Below are positions 30,465-40,369 of a DNA stretch of 64,000 nt, one piece after another (within the stretch, counting starts at the first letter, position 1; each line of letters starts with the position of its first letter). Location: contig CAWHMU010000042.1 in assembly GCA_963830365.1 (NCBI GenBank), forward strand, positions 64,001-128,000. Direction: 5' to 3'. A model generated the notes under the pieces. That model did no database searches, was not told the origin of the DNA, and worked only from the letters and a program-made list of their open reading frames with translations. The translations under genes and the position numbers were made by a program. Origin of the DNA: an uncultured Chlamydiae bacterium (GTDB lineage: Bacteria; Chlamydiota; Chlamydiia; Chlamydiales; Parachlamydiaceae).

Positions 30465-32228
30465 TTGATGACATCCATCACTAGGCGGCTGTGTCTTGGC
30501 ATGCTCGGGGCATGTGCTTGGATGCATTCTTTAATGGCTATAGATACGGGGGATTTTATCCGCGAGCGCATGCTGGGCGATTTGGATCACATTAAAAATA
30601 CCTTTCTATCGAACTATGCCCAGGCGGAATGGAAGATGAAATACGCAGGCTGGGACCTTGAAGTCGAGATCAATGCCGCTAAAGACAAGGTGCGTGCGGC
30701 AGGGGCGCTGACGACGAAAGACTTCCAGGTGATTGTGAAGGAGTTCTTCTTTACAGTGAAGGATTATCATGCCACCGTACAGTTCCATTCCACGGCAGCG
30801 GCAACCCTGCCATTTCTCATTCAAAGTGCCGGCGACAGGTATTTCTTTTCCTATATCGATCAAAGTCAATTGCCGAAAGACAATCCTTTTCCCTTTGCCA
30901 TCGGGGATGAGCTTTTGCTCATCGACGGGGTAGCGGTAGATCAAGTCGTCAAAGATTTCACCAAAATGGAAGTCGGCAGCAATCAACCCGCCACCGACCA
31001 GGGACTGGCAGAGATTTATCTGACTACACGCTTAGGAGCACTTGGACACATCGTGCCAGAGGGGACGCTTACGCTTGGCGGACGGAAAATGGGAACGACC
31101 GAAGTCACGAGTTATACGGTGGCATGGGACTGTGTGCCCGAGAAAATCAACAACTTGACGACCGCATTCGCTAAGAAGATGGGGATTGCCAGCCACAAAG
31201 CGGCGAAAAAAGGCAAGAAAAAGTGCGGTCAGCATCATTTCTTTCAAAAGAGGTTGATCATGCCTCACTATGCCGCCCTGGCGGCATCCAGGGAGGATGA
31301 CGTAGACCCTATGGATATGCTCGGCTCAAAGAAAAGCTTTATTCCGGTGCTTGGAAATATTTTATGGCAAAACCCAAGCAGCAGCATTTTCCATGCATAT
31401 TTATTTGAATTAGCCGATGGCACGCCGGCGGGATATGTACGCATCGCCACCTATGAGTTAGAAAATACAGAGAAAGCGGTTTTAGAATTTGCCGATATTA
31501 TCGACCTTTTTGAAAGTGAGGCCGAAGTGTTGGTCGTCGACCAGGTCAATAACCCCGGCGGCTTGATTTTATATATGTATGCCTTGGCATCGATGTTGAC
31601 AGACCAGCCGCTGACGATTCCTCAGCACCGCCAGATGCTCACGCAGGAAGATGTTTATTTTGCCCTCATGGAGATGGATTTTTTTGCAGCGGTGGAGTCT
31701 GATGAAGACGCAAAAGATCTTCTTGGTGAGACCTTGGAAGGTATTCCCGTTACGCTGGAAGTTGTGCAATCGCTGTTGGGTCATTTCCGCTTTATGGTAG
31801 ATGAATGGAATAATGGGCAAATGTTCACGAAGGCCGGCTATTTGTATGGCATCGGACCTTTGCCGCCGCATCCGGAGGTGCATTATACCAAGCCGATTTT
31901 GCTTTTGGTCAATGCGCTTGATTTTTCCGGAGGGGATTTCTTTCCGGCCATAATGCAGGATAACGGGCGGGCCACCATTATGGGGACGCGTACGGCAGGT
32001 GCCGGCGGCTATGTTTCCAAAGCGATGTTCCCGAATCTGAGTGGGATTTCCGATTTCTGCTATACCGCCTCCATCGCCGAACGGCAGGACCACCGCTTGA
32101 TCGAGAATGCGGGCGTTACCCCTGATATACATTATGAAGCCAGCGTGGCAGACTTGCAAAACAACTATGTGGAATACGGTAAAAAGATTCTGCAGACGCT
32201 TGATACACTAGTTAAGGGAGACAGGTAG
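30465..32228 (+). CDS. Chlamydial protease-like activity factor (CPAF, S41 peptidase)
   Basis: KDYHA His, DQVNNPGG, DFSGGDFFPAIMQDN Ser, GTRTAGAGG, IENAGVTPD; exact start uncertain. Confidence 0.9.
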   Translation: MMTSITRRLCLGMLGACAWMHSLMAIDTGDFIRERMLGDLDHIKNTFLSNYAQAEWKMKYAGWDLEVEINAAKDKVRAAGALTTKDFQVIVKEFFFTVKDYHATVQFHSTAAATLPFLIQSAGDRYFFSYIDQSQLPKDNPFPFAIGDELLLIDGVAVDQVVKDFTKMEVGSNQPATDQGLAEIYLTTRLGALGHIVPEGTLTLGGRKMGTTEVTSYTVAWDCVPEKINNLTTAFAKKMGIASHKAAKKGKKKCGQHHFFQKRLIMPHYAALAASREDDVDPMDMLGSKKSFIPVLGNILWQNPSSSIFHAYLFELADGTPAGYVRIATYELENTEKAVLEFADIIDLFESEAEVLVVDQVNNPGGLILYMYALASMLTDQPLTIPQHRQMLTQEDVYFALMEMDFFAAVESDEDAKDLLGETLEGIPVTLEVVQSLLGHFRFMVDEWNNGQMFTKAGYLYGIGPLPPHPEVHYTKPILLLVNALDFSGGDFFPAIMQDNGRATIMGTRTAGAGGYVSKAMFPNLSGISDFCYTASIAERQDHRLIENAGVTPDIHYEASVADLQNNYVEYGKKILQTLDTLVKGDR

Positions 32229-32233
32229 GCAAT

Positions 32234-34213
32234 ATGGAAGTTCCGATCATCAAAGAAATCGTCATTATCTTTGCCTTGTCTGTGGCTGTGCTGCTGGTAT
32301 GCCATCGGCTAAAATTGCCTTCCGTGGTGGGCTTTCTAATTACCGGGGTGCTGTGCGGTCCGCATAGCTTAGGTTTGGTGAGCCGTGTCAGCGATGTGGA
32401 GAATTTAGCTACTATCGGCGTTGTGCTTTTGCTATTCACTGTCGGCATGGAATTTTCCATAAAGAATATCATTAAATATAGATACTACTTTTTCGTGGGC
32501 GGTGTGTTGCAAGTCTTGGGTTCGGTAGCGACGTGTTTTGTGATTGCCAAATTGGGCTTTGGCACATCCTGGGGGGAAGCTGTTTTAATGGGCTTTCTGC
32601 TTTCCTTAAGCAGTACGGCGATTGTATTGCGGGCGCTCGATGAGAATGGCGGCGGCGAGACCATGCACGGGCGTTTGATCTTGGGGGTGCTTATCTTCCA
32701 GGATATCATAGCCGTGCCGATGATGCTGCTTGTGCCGATGCTGGCAGGAGCCGGCGAAGAATTCGATCTGGCGCATTTATATAATTTTCTAAAAGGCATT
32801 GTTTTTCTACTGGTGATGGCGGTGGTTGCCTTCCGCGGGGTGCCGAAGCTGCTTTATTATGTGACTCGTACACGTCAGCGCGAACTTTTTTTGCTCAGTG
32901 TGTTCACGATATGCTTTGCCGTGGCATGGATCACCTCTTCGCTTGGCCTATCGCTTTCTTTGGGAGCCTTCTTTGCCGGTTTGGTGATTTCGGAATCCGA
33001 ATATAGTGATGAGGCGGTGGGCAATGTGCTGCCATTCCAGGAGATCTTTACCAGTTTCTTTTTTGTTTCCATGGGCATGCTGCTGGATATGGGCTTTGTC
33101 ATTCAACAACCCTTGCTGATTTTAGCAATTGCGGCTATCGCCTTGCTGCTAAAAGCTTTGGTGGCAGGGGGGACGGCAGTTGCGCTAGGCTTGCCATTGC
33201 GCTCGGTGGTGCTAGCCGCGGTGGCCTTGAGCCAAATTGGCGAATTCTCGTTCGTACTCGCGCATTCAGGCATGGATTTAGGATTGATAACGGACTATAA
33301 CTATCAGATCTTTTTGGCGGTATCGCTGCTGACGATGGCGGTGACGCCTTCATTGATGTCGCTTTCGGACTTACTGGCGCAAATTTTAAGCAAACTGCCT
33401 TTGCCGGACAGGCTGAAGATGGGCGTCAACTATGCTTCAGAAGAGGTGGGGCATAAGCCTAAGCGCGATCATATCATCATTGTAGGCTTTGGTTTGCGCG
33501 GCAAGCATTTGGCCAGGGCGGCCAAGGAGACGGCATTGCCCTATGTGATTTTGGATATGAATCCGGAGACCGTGAAGGTGGAAAAAAGCAACGGAGAGCC
33601 GATCTATTACGGCGATCCATCGCATCATTCTGTGTTGCTTTCTGCCGGTATCAAAAGAGCCCGCACGCTCGCAGTGGTGATCGATGATGCGCCAGCCGCA
33701 AAAAGAATTATAAAAGCTGCCAGGGAATTAAATCCGGATGTGTATATTATTACGCGTACGCGTTATTTCCGCGAGGTGCAGAAAATGTTTCAGATCGGTG
33801 CCGATGATGTCATTCCCGATGAATTCGGTTCTTCGCTGGAGATCTTTAAAATGGTGCTGCAAAAGTGCGAGGTGCCGCAAAACCAGATCAGCAAATGCGT
33901 GCAGAGCGTACGCATGGAAGGCTATGATGTCTTGCGCTGGCAGAGTCTGGAGACCAATACGAATTCGCTTGATTCCAATGACGCCCGCATAGAGACTTTA
34001 AAAGTTATCGAAGGTTCGCCACTGGTAGGCAAAACAATATTGAGCAGCGAATTAAAAAAGGCGCATGGCTTGACGGTATTGATAATTAAAAGACAAAGCC
34101 AAACGCTGACGGCGATCGAGGCCGACACCCCCCTGCAGGCGGCAGATGCGCTGGTGGTGGTGGGCACTCCTAACAACCTTGACAAAGCTAAATACTTATT
34201 TCAGGCAACATGA
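32234..34213 (+). CDS. CPA2 (Kef-type) cation:proton antiporter with TrkA-N/TrkA-C domains
   Basis: LSLSSTAIV, LIFQDI, LGAFFAG, SQIGEFSFV; C-terminal RCK domains. Confidence 0.92.
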   Translation: MEVPIIKEIVIIFALSVAVLLVCHRLKLPSVVGFLITGVLCGPHSLGLVSRVSDVENLATIGVVLLLFTVGMEFSIKNIIKYRYYFFVGGVLQVLGSVATCFVIAKLGFGTSWGEAVLMGFLLSLSSTAIVLRALDENGGGETMHGRLILGVLIFQDIIAVPMMLLVPMLAGAGEEFDLAHLYNFLKGIVFLLVMAVVAFRGVPKLLYYVTRTRQRELFLLSVFTICFAVAWITSSLGLSLSLGAFFAGLVISESEYSDEAVGNVLPFQEIFTSFFFVSMGMLLDMGFVIQQPLLILAIAAIALLLKALVAGGTAVALGLPLRSVVLAAVALSQIGEFSFVLAHSGMDLGLITDYNYQIFLAVSLLTMAVTPSLMSLSDLLAQILSKLPLPDRLKMGVNYASEEVGHKPKRDHIIIVGFGLRGKHLARAAKETALPYVILDMNPETVKVEKSNGEPIYYGDPSHHSVLLSAGIKRARTLAVVIDDAPAAKRIIKAARELNPDVYIITRTRYFREVQKMFQIGADDVIPDEFGSSLEIFKMVLQKCEVPQNQISKCVQSVRMEGYDVLRWQSLETNTNSLDSNDARIETLKVIEGSPLVGKTILSSELKKAHGLTVLIIKRQSQTLTAIEADTPLQAADALVVVGTPNNLDKAKYLFQAT

Positions 34214-35157
34214 GTCACGGACACTTTCCCGATCCGGTTACAATTCCTCAGCAGGTGATCCAGCAGCGGCATGAACGCGTGCAGCAGCTGGTAAAATCCT
34301 GCGTGCAGGGCATCAGCATACGCTTTGCGATCATCATGGCAGAGCTAGTGGGCGTCTGGCTGTTCGGCAGCGCCGCCCTGTTGATGGACGCCCTCTCCAG
34401 CTCCATTGATGTGATATCGAGCGTGCTACTGGTGGTATTCATCAAATTGGCGGCCCGTCCGCCCGATAAAAACCATCCGTTCGGGCACGGGCGTTTTGAG
34501 CCGCTCTTAGGACTGCAGTTAGGCCTTTTGATGGCATTTATCGGCGGCGGGATGTTGATTCAGCAGCTCTTTTCCCTTTCGAGCCAGCCGCAGGGTGAGG
34601 TTATCGATGGGCGCGCCTGGATCATTCCGTTGGGGGCCGTCATCCTGCTTGAGTTTTGCTATCAGATCATGATGCGCGTTGCCAAAAGGCAGAATAGCCC
34701 GGCGCTTGAGGCAGATGCCATGCACTACCGCATTGACGGCCTCACCAGCCTGCTGGCGGCCATCGCGCTGCTTGCCGGCGCTTATGTTCCAGGCTGGAGC
34801 CACAATATCGACCATATCGGTGCCATTTTCATAGCTTTGTTCATGATCGGCATCGGATTTTTGGCACTGCGGAGAAATCTGGACCAGATTGTCGACCGTG
34901 TGCCCGAGGAAAAATATTTTGAAAGTGTGCGCAAGGCAGCCACAAGGGTGGACGGGGTGCGCGGTACGGAGAAGATCCGCATCCAGCATTCTGGCCCTGA
35001 TGCGCATGTCGATATCGATATCGAAGTCGATCCCCATCTAACGGTTGAGGTGGCCCATACTATCAGCCAACAGGTGAGGGTCGAGATCCAGAAGGATTGG
35101 CCGATGGTGCAGGATGTGATTGTGCACATCGAGCCTTTTTATCCTGGCGACCACTGA
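34210..35157 (+). CDS. Cation diffusion facilitator (FieF-like)
   Basis: PPDKNHPFGHGRFE, ADAMHYRID, VHIEP. Confidence 0.92.
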   Translation: MSHGHFPDPVTIPQQVIQQRHERVQQLVKSCVQGISIRFAIIMAELVGVWLFGSAALLMDALSSSIDVISSVLLVVFIKLAARPPDKNHPFGHGRFEPLLGLQLGLLMAFIGGGMLIQQLFSLSSQPQGEVIDGRAWIIPLGAVILLEFCYQIMMRVAKRQNSPALEADAMHYRIDGLTSLLAAIALLAGAYVPGWSHNIDHIGAIFIALFMIGIGFLALRRNLDQIVDRVPEEKYFESVRKAATRVDGVRGTEKIRIQHSGPDAHVDIDIEVDPHLTVEVAHTISQQVRVEIQKDWPMVQDVIVHIEPFYPGDH

Positions 35158-35168
35158 GAGAGAGCTGT

Positions 35169-35891
35169 ATGCCTTATATTTATTTAGCATTGATATCGGT
35201 GGTGGTTTTTGGGCTGGTGCATTTGCTTGCCCAAAAGACGCGCCTACTGGATGTGATCACGCACGGGCGGTTTCTATCTGTCTGCGGCGGGGTGGCGATC
35301 TCGTATGTCTTTGTCGATATGCTGCCGAAGTTGGCCGAAAATGATATAATCATTCAAAAGCTACTGTCGGGGATTTTTCCTTATTTTGAGCGACATATCT
35401 ACGTCATGGCACTGGCGGGTTTCTTGTTTTTCTTCAGCGTCAACCGGTCACGCACGCTGCTGACAGAAACGACCTCCTTCTATTTTTCGCTGGCCTCCTA
35501 TGCTTTTTTTAATTTCCTGGTGGCCTATGCCGTGGCCGACCAAAACAATCCGGAAGTTAAGCCATTGGCGCTGTTTACCTTTGCCATCGCCCTGCACTAT
35601 TTCACCAACGATTACGCCCTGGCCAAGGCCCATGGCGAAGCCTATGGCACAAAAGAAAAGTGGCTATTGATTTTAAGTTTGCTTGCAGGCTGGTGTGTGG
35701 GTGTGCTGTTCGTGCTGTCTGAGGCTGCCGTGGCGCTATTGAGTGCCTTCATCGGCGGCGGCGTCATCTTGAATGTCACCCGGCACGAGCTGCCCGATGA
35801 TAACCCCCACAGCCTGGGCGCCTTTCTGCTGTCGGCTTTGCTCTACACCACCATCCTGCTGCTCATCGGCGGCCATGCGCATGTTGTCTAG
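35169..35891 (+). CDS. Hypothetical multi-pass membrane protein (possibly ZIP-like)
   Basis: GGVAISYVFVDMLP, ALHYFTND, GGVILNVTRHELP; operonic with the CDF gene. Confidence 0.65.
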   Translation: MPYIYLALISVVVFGLVHLLAQKTRLLDVITHGRFLSVCGGVAISYVFVDMLPKLAENDIIIQKLLSGIFPYFERHIYVMALAGFLFFFSVNRSRTLLTETTSFYFSLASYAFFNFLVAYAVADQNNPEVKPLALFTFAIALHYFTNDYALAKAHGEAYGTKEKWLLILSLLAGWCVGVLFVLSEAAVALLSAFIGGGVILNVTRHELPDDNPHSLGAFLLSALLYTTILLLIGGHAHVV

Positions 35892-36007
35892 GCGAGTGAG
35901 CATTTGCAGCAAAACTCTGAATCTATTTCCTAAGCATCGGAGATGCGACTCTATATAACAGCTTACCTTGAGCTATGCCACGCGTGTATTGAACTGTGAT
36001 TGCCTTT

Positions 36008-37339
36008 CTAAATGACAAACGGCACGAGTTTGTAGGGGACTTTCTGGCAGTATTTGTCCCAGTCTTTGTGGTATTTGTTAGCGCAGCGCTGGTCGTCGCG
36101 GAAGGCGCGGTCGACAAGCAAAATTGTCAGGAAAATGACATAGAAGTAAGGCAGAAAGTTGTCAAAGAGCGCCGGCAGGGTCCAGAAGAGGGCGCCCAGA
36201 ATTTCCGGGATATAATGGAAATGGCGCGAAATGCCCCACCAGCCTGAGGATAGCAGTAGATTTTGTTTGTACTGTCCTTTTTCGGTGACGTAATGCGCTA
36301 TGGTCACACTTGGCGGCCTGCCCCATACCTTGCATGCGCCTTGGGTGGCACGCACCCTTTGGCGCTGCCTGTCGGCGAGGTAGTTGATGATGATGCAGAC
36401 GCTGCCGGCCATGAGCATAAAGAGGCTTAGGCCTAGGCCTAAATGGTTTGGATGGTTGACGAGATAAAGCGTCGGCGAGGCGTAGATGCCGGGGATCCAT
36501 ACCAGGCATCCCCAGCATATATAGTATCCGGCGCGGTCATGCATGATGTCCAACGATCTTAGGTAGCCCGTCTCCCAGAAGAAGAATTTCGAAATATACA
36601 GCAGCTGCAGCGCCACGGCCACAAACATGGAGTCGCTGAGCCCATATAGCTGATCCTGCTTGGCGGCAAAGGACACGATGCATAATGCCCAACCCATCAT
36701 GCCGAAACGGCAGTTGGTGAACATTTTGACATCCCAGCCGAAAATGCGGGGATAGAGTTCTGTGCCCCAGTAGTAGTCGAAGATGATATTGCCGGTAGTA
36801 CTGGAATCGCTGCTGGATGGGGCATATTTCCCCTTCATATACAGGAATAAACAGAACAGCAGGCTGAACAGGTTCAAAGCGCCTAGCAGGGCGCCAAAAT
36901 TGTCATAGATAATCGTCGGCGAGAAGAGATTCAGCTGAAAGCTGCACAGCCAAAACAGCGCCATGGTGGCAATGAATGCCGGCACGCCGTTGGCCTTATA
37001 TACAGGGACATTGCCCCCGGGAGTCACCGGGCCGTGGAAGGTCTTGCCGGGCAGCAGTTTCATGAAGGCAAGTTCGATGGCGGCAAAGATGGCGATGATT
37101 TGCCAGGCTGCTGTCGTGCCGAAGAAATAGGGCGACCAGATATTGTAGATGGTGGTGATGGCGCCTTGGCTATGAAATAGTTCCCAAAGCTTTTGAAAGG
37201 AGCCGCCTAAGGCCACATTGGTATACCAGAAGACAAAAACAGCTACCGGACAGACACACAAAAGGAAAAGAGGGCCTAAGGTATATCTGAACCAGCGCGT
37301 GGCCATTGTTGCGGTCATCATGGGTGTCGGGGTGGACAT
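36008..37339 (-). CDS. Sterol reductase, 7-dehydrocholesterol reductase-like (ERG4/ERG24 family)
   Basis: DYYWGTELYPRI, LDIMHDRAGYYICWGCLVW, LLSSGWWGISRHFHY, RDDQRCANKY. Confidence 0.92.
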   Translation of the reverse strand: MSTPTPMMTATMATRWFRYTLGPLFLLCVCPVAVFVFWYTNVALGGSFQKLWELFHSQGAITTIYNIWSPYFFGTTAAWQIIAIFAAIELAFMKLLPGKTFHGPVTPGGNVPVYKANGVPAFIATMALFWLCSFQLNLFSPTIIYDNFGALLGALNLFSLLFCLFLYMKGKYAPSSSDSSTTGNIIFDYYWGTELYPRIFGWDVKMFTNCRFGMMGWALCIVSFAAKQDQLYGLSDSMFVAVALQLLYISKFFFWETGYLRSLDIMHDRAGYYICWGCLVWIPGIYASPTLYLVNHPNHLGLGLSLFMLMAGSVCIIINYLADRQRQRVRATQGACKVWGRPPSVTIAHYVTEKGQYKQNLLLSSGWWGISRHFHYIPEILGALFWTLPALFDNFLPYFYVIFLTILLVDRAFRDDQRCANKYHKDWDKYCQKVPYKLVPFVI

Positions 37340-37525
37340 AGGGCTTTTTCTCCAATTTCTTAAAACGCCTCAATATGCAGATATAACAATCTTTTTTCTA
37401 GATAATTTAACATGGCAAGGAGGTTAATAGCACGCCAATAGACGTAACCATTTGGATGTCAATGTGTAGTAATATTCAGTGAATGTTAAATAGCTATAGG
37501 ATTAGCTATTTAGACGAAGCACTCA

Positions 37526-37560
37526 TTTTTTCTCTGTGTCTCTGTGCCTCTGTGGTGAAT
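37526..37560. repeat. CACAGAG-family single arm (reverse orientation)
   Basis: ttctctgtgtctctgtgcctctgtggtgaa. Confidence 0.8.
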
Positions 37561-37577
37561 TTCAACTACAGCCGCAT

Positions 37578-38018
37578 TTAGGATCCGCCAACCTGGATCA
37601 CTAATGGCAGCGCCTGGTATAGCTTGCCACCAACTTTTACTTGGATTGGCGGCAGGGTATGCTGGCCTGCGGGCAAGCCATCGATTTGAAAGCTGTAGAT
37701 GGCGATTTCCAGATTATTTGACACTGACATGGGGACCGATTGTACGAATTTAACTTTCAGAGGCTTGTCGCCGATCTGAAAGCTATTAATGTCGATAGTG
37801 CTGCTTGTGCCGTGGGTGATCATGACCGATCCTTGGATCGGCGTGTTGGCCACTACATTTTCATAGGTACTAATTTCTGAATTTACTTCGATATTGCCAT
37901 CACCGTATACCAGTACGTTTGTCAGCTCGTCCGAAATAAGTTGTAAAGGCATTATGAGGGATATAAGCAAAAAAAAGCTTATGCCGCATCCCTTGGAAAA
38001 CAGTGAATTGATAGGCAT
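37578..38018 (-). CDS. Hypothetical exported protein (BatD/Ig-like beta-sandwich possible)
   Basis: Signal peptide; C-terminal GQHTLPPIQVKVGG resembles BatD-type domains. Confidence 0.55.
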   Translation of the reverse strand: MPINSLFSKGCGISFFLLISLIMPLQLISDELTNVLVYGDGNIEVNSEISTYENVVANTPIQGSVMITHGTSSTIDINSFQIGDKPLKVKFVQSVPMSVSNNLEIAIYSFQIDGLPAGQHTLPPIQVKVGGKLYQALPLVIQVGGS

Positions 38019-38343
38019 GATTTGTCTCCGCTCAGATGAAATTTATCGTTCATCTAGTTTTGAAGGTTTTTGCAGGTCTAAGATGGGTTTCACCTTAGGA
38101 AAATTTTATACCTTGCTTCACGTGCCAGGTCTGCAAAGCGGATGATTTAAATTTAGATGTATGATAAAACATCATATTAATCAATATGAATATTATGAAA
38201 TTTTTAGTGAGATTGCGCGGTAAAATAAAGAAATTCGTGTTATAATCAAATGTGGATTTAATTGATATGAACAAAGCAGGGGGTGAAATTTGTTTTTGGC
38301 TTATTAAAGTTTAATGATCAACTACTTTGCAGGAGGAACAATT

Positions 38344-38490
38344 ATGAAAGACGCTTGCCACCATCTCAAACAGCTTCAAAGAAAAGTGATTCAGTCGGCT
38401 AAAAAGGTTAAACCCGAAGAACTCAATCACGCGAATGTCATCGCTTCCAAGGGTTTGAAAGAAAATTTCGGCAGCGCAAGAAAGAAGTGA
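38344..38490 (+). CDS. Small basic hypothetical protein, 48 aa (not in the ORF track)
   Basis: aggagg RBS then MKDACHHLKQLQRKVIQSAKKVKPEELNHANVIASKGLKENFGSARKK. Confidence 0.6.
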   Translation: MKDACHHLKQLQRKVIQSAKKVKPEELNHANVIASKGLKENFGSARKK

Positions 38491-38570
38491 CACATCCTGG
38501 CTGTTAAATTTAGCAAAGATTTTGTGCTGGAGTCAGCCTGCTGCTCGATATCAGCTATCGGCAGCGGGCT

Positions 38571-39329
38571 TTATTGTTTCAGGGAATAATGCCTACAAGG
38601 GGCGAGTGGGGCTTCTACGACGCCAAAGATCGCTTGCAGCAGGGATGGGGTCATCAAGGCTGAAAACTGCCCTGTGCCGATGCAGGTGCCGTGGTTTAAA
38701 ACCGATATGCGATGGCAATATTGCTCGGCAATGGCCAAGTCGTGGGTGGTGACGATGACGATTTTGCCATTTTCGACAAGTTTTTGCAAAAGCTGCCAGA
38801 TTTCGAGCTGGTGTTGGATATCCAGGCTGGCGGTCGGCTCATCGAGCAAGAGAATCGGCGAGGCCGTGACCAAGGCGCGGGCGATATACACCCGCTGCCT
38901 CTCCCCATAGGACAATTGATTGACATAGCGGCGGCGCAAATGCCAAGCATCCACGATCGTTAAAGCGGCATGTATTTCGGGCTCTTCGGCGGCCTGCCAA
39001 TAACACCTGTCATGGGCATAACGCCCCATGGCGACGATATCCTCGACAAGAAAATCAAAAGCTATTTGCGGCTGCTGGGGGACGAGTGAGATGATACGGC
39101 TGATGGCTTGCCGGTCTTGGCAGAGCAAGGGGCTGCCATTCCACTTGACAGAGCCGGTTAGCGGCTTCCAGATGCCGGACAAAAGTTTGAGCAGGGTCGA
39201 TTTTCCCGAGCCGTTGGGACCAAGGATACCATGCAAATAGCCGGCTTCAAATTCCAAAGAGATGTCGCTTAGCAGGAATTTCTTGTCGATGGCATAGCTC
39301 AAGCCTGTGGTGATCAGTTTCGGCTGCAT
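38571..39329 (-). CDS. Iron-chelate/cobalamin ABC transporter ATPase
   Basis: GPNGSGKST, LSYGERQRV, LLDEPTASLD. Confidence 0.9.
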   Translation of the reverse strand: MQPKLITTGLSYAIDKKFLLSDISLEFEAGYLHGILGPNGSGKSTLLKLLSGIWKPLTGSVKWNGSPLLCQDRQAISRIISLVPQQPQIAFDFLVEDIVAMGRYAHDRCYWQAAEEPEIHAALTIVDAWHLRRRYVNQLSYGERQRVYIARALVTASPILLLDEPTASLDIQHQLEIWQLLQKLVENGKIVIVTTHDLAIAEQYCHRISVLNHGTCIGTGQFSALMTPSLLQAIFGVVEAPLAPCRHYSLKQ

Positions 39330-40369
39330 TTGGCGGCTCCTCCTCCAAAATGACTGCGGCGCGAGCCGCGCAATAGGATTAAAAAGGCGATGCCGCCCAA
39401 AATGGCTGAGATATTGCCGATGGAAAGGGTGTGGATTTCAAACATGCGCAGCAGCAGGTCCATGGCGGCAAAAGAGGTGCTGCCGACTAAGATGCACAAG
39501 GGGATCAGCTGGTGATTGGCCGGTCCCTGGATGTATCTGACAAGATGCGGCAAGAGCAGACCGAAAAAGGCGATCACGCCGACGGCGGCAATGGCTCCGC
39601 CGGTCAATAGCGCCACACATAAGAACAGGCGCCAGCGGATTTTATTCACCTCGACGCCCAGGTTTTTGGCTTCATCTTCGCCAAGCGCCAGGATATCGAT
39701 TTCGCTGCGATAATACCAGCAGCCATAGATGCCGATCAGGGTCAGGGGCAGCTGCATGTGCACATGCTTCCAGTCGCGATCAACGGTTGAGCCGGCACCC
39801 CATTCCGTGAGGGTTTGAATGAGCAGCCAGCGGTCTCTTAAGGCATACATGATGGCGGCCTGGATGGCCACCAGCAGGGATGAGATGGCGATGCCCGTGA
39901 TGATAAGGGTGTTTAGCTGGACTTCACCTTTGGAGCGCGACAGGGAGTAGACGAAGAGCAAGGCCAGCAGGCAGCCGGTAAAGGCGGCAATGGGGATGGC
40001 GAAGGGATATGCCAGGTGCCATTCCAGCACGAAAACCAGCACCACCAACAGGCCGCCGCCGCACGAGATGCCCAACACGTTGGGAGAGGCCAGGGGGTTG
40101 TGGAACAGGGCCTGCGTGACGGCGCCGGCGACGGCAAGGGAGGCGCCGGTGCATAGGATGACAATCAGGCGGGGAATGCGTTCATCGAGCAGGGGATTCC
40201 AGCTGGTGGTGCTGCCGTCGATACGTTTAAGGACATGTCCCCAAACGATATGCCAGGGGGTGTCTCCGAGAATTAGTGTCAGCACGCAGCAGAACAGCAG
40301 CAGCGCGGCCAGGGCCAGGTTGAGTTTCAGGAATGAGCGTTTTTTTTGTGTTTGATATAGTGAAATCAT
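39314..40369 (-). CDS. FecCD/BtuC-family ABC permease
   Basis: RIPR, QALFHNPLASP, LGEDEAKNLGV, FFGLLLPH. Confidence 0.92.
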   Translation of the reverse strand: MISLYQTQKKRSFLKLNLALAALLLFCCVLTLILGDTPWHIVWGHVLKRIDGSTTSWNPLLDERIPRLIVILCTGASLAVAGAVTQALFHNPLASPNVLGISCGGGLLVVLVFVLEWHLAYPFAIPIAAFTGCLLALLFVYSLSRSKGEVQLNTLIITGIAISSLLVAIQAAIMYALRDRWLLIQTLTEWGAGSTVDRDWKHVHMQLPLTLIGIYGCWYYRSEIDILALGEDEAKNLGVEVNKIRWRLFLCVALLTGGAIAAVGVIAFFGLLLPHLVRYIQGPANHQLIPLCILVGSTSFAAMDLLLRMFEIHTLSIGNISAILGGIAFLILLRGSRRSHFGGGAAKCSRN

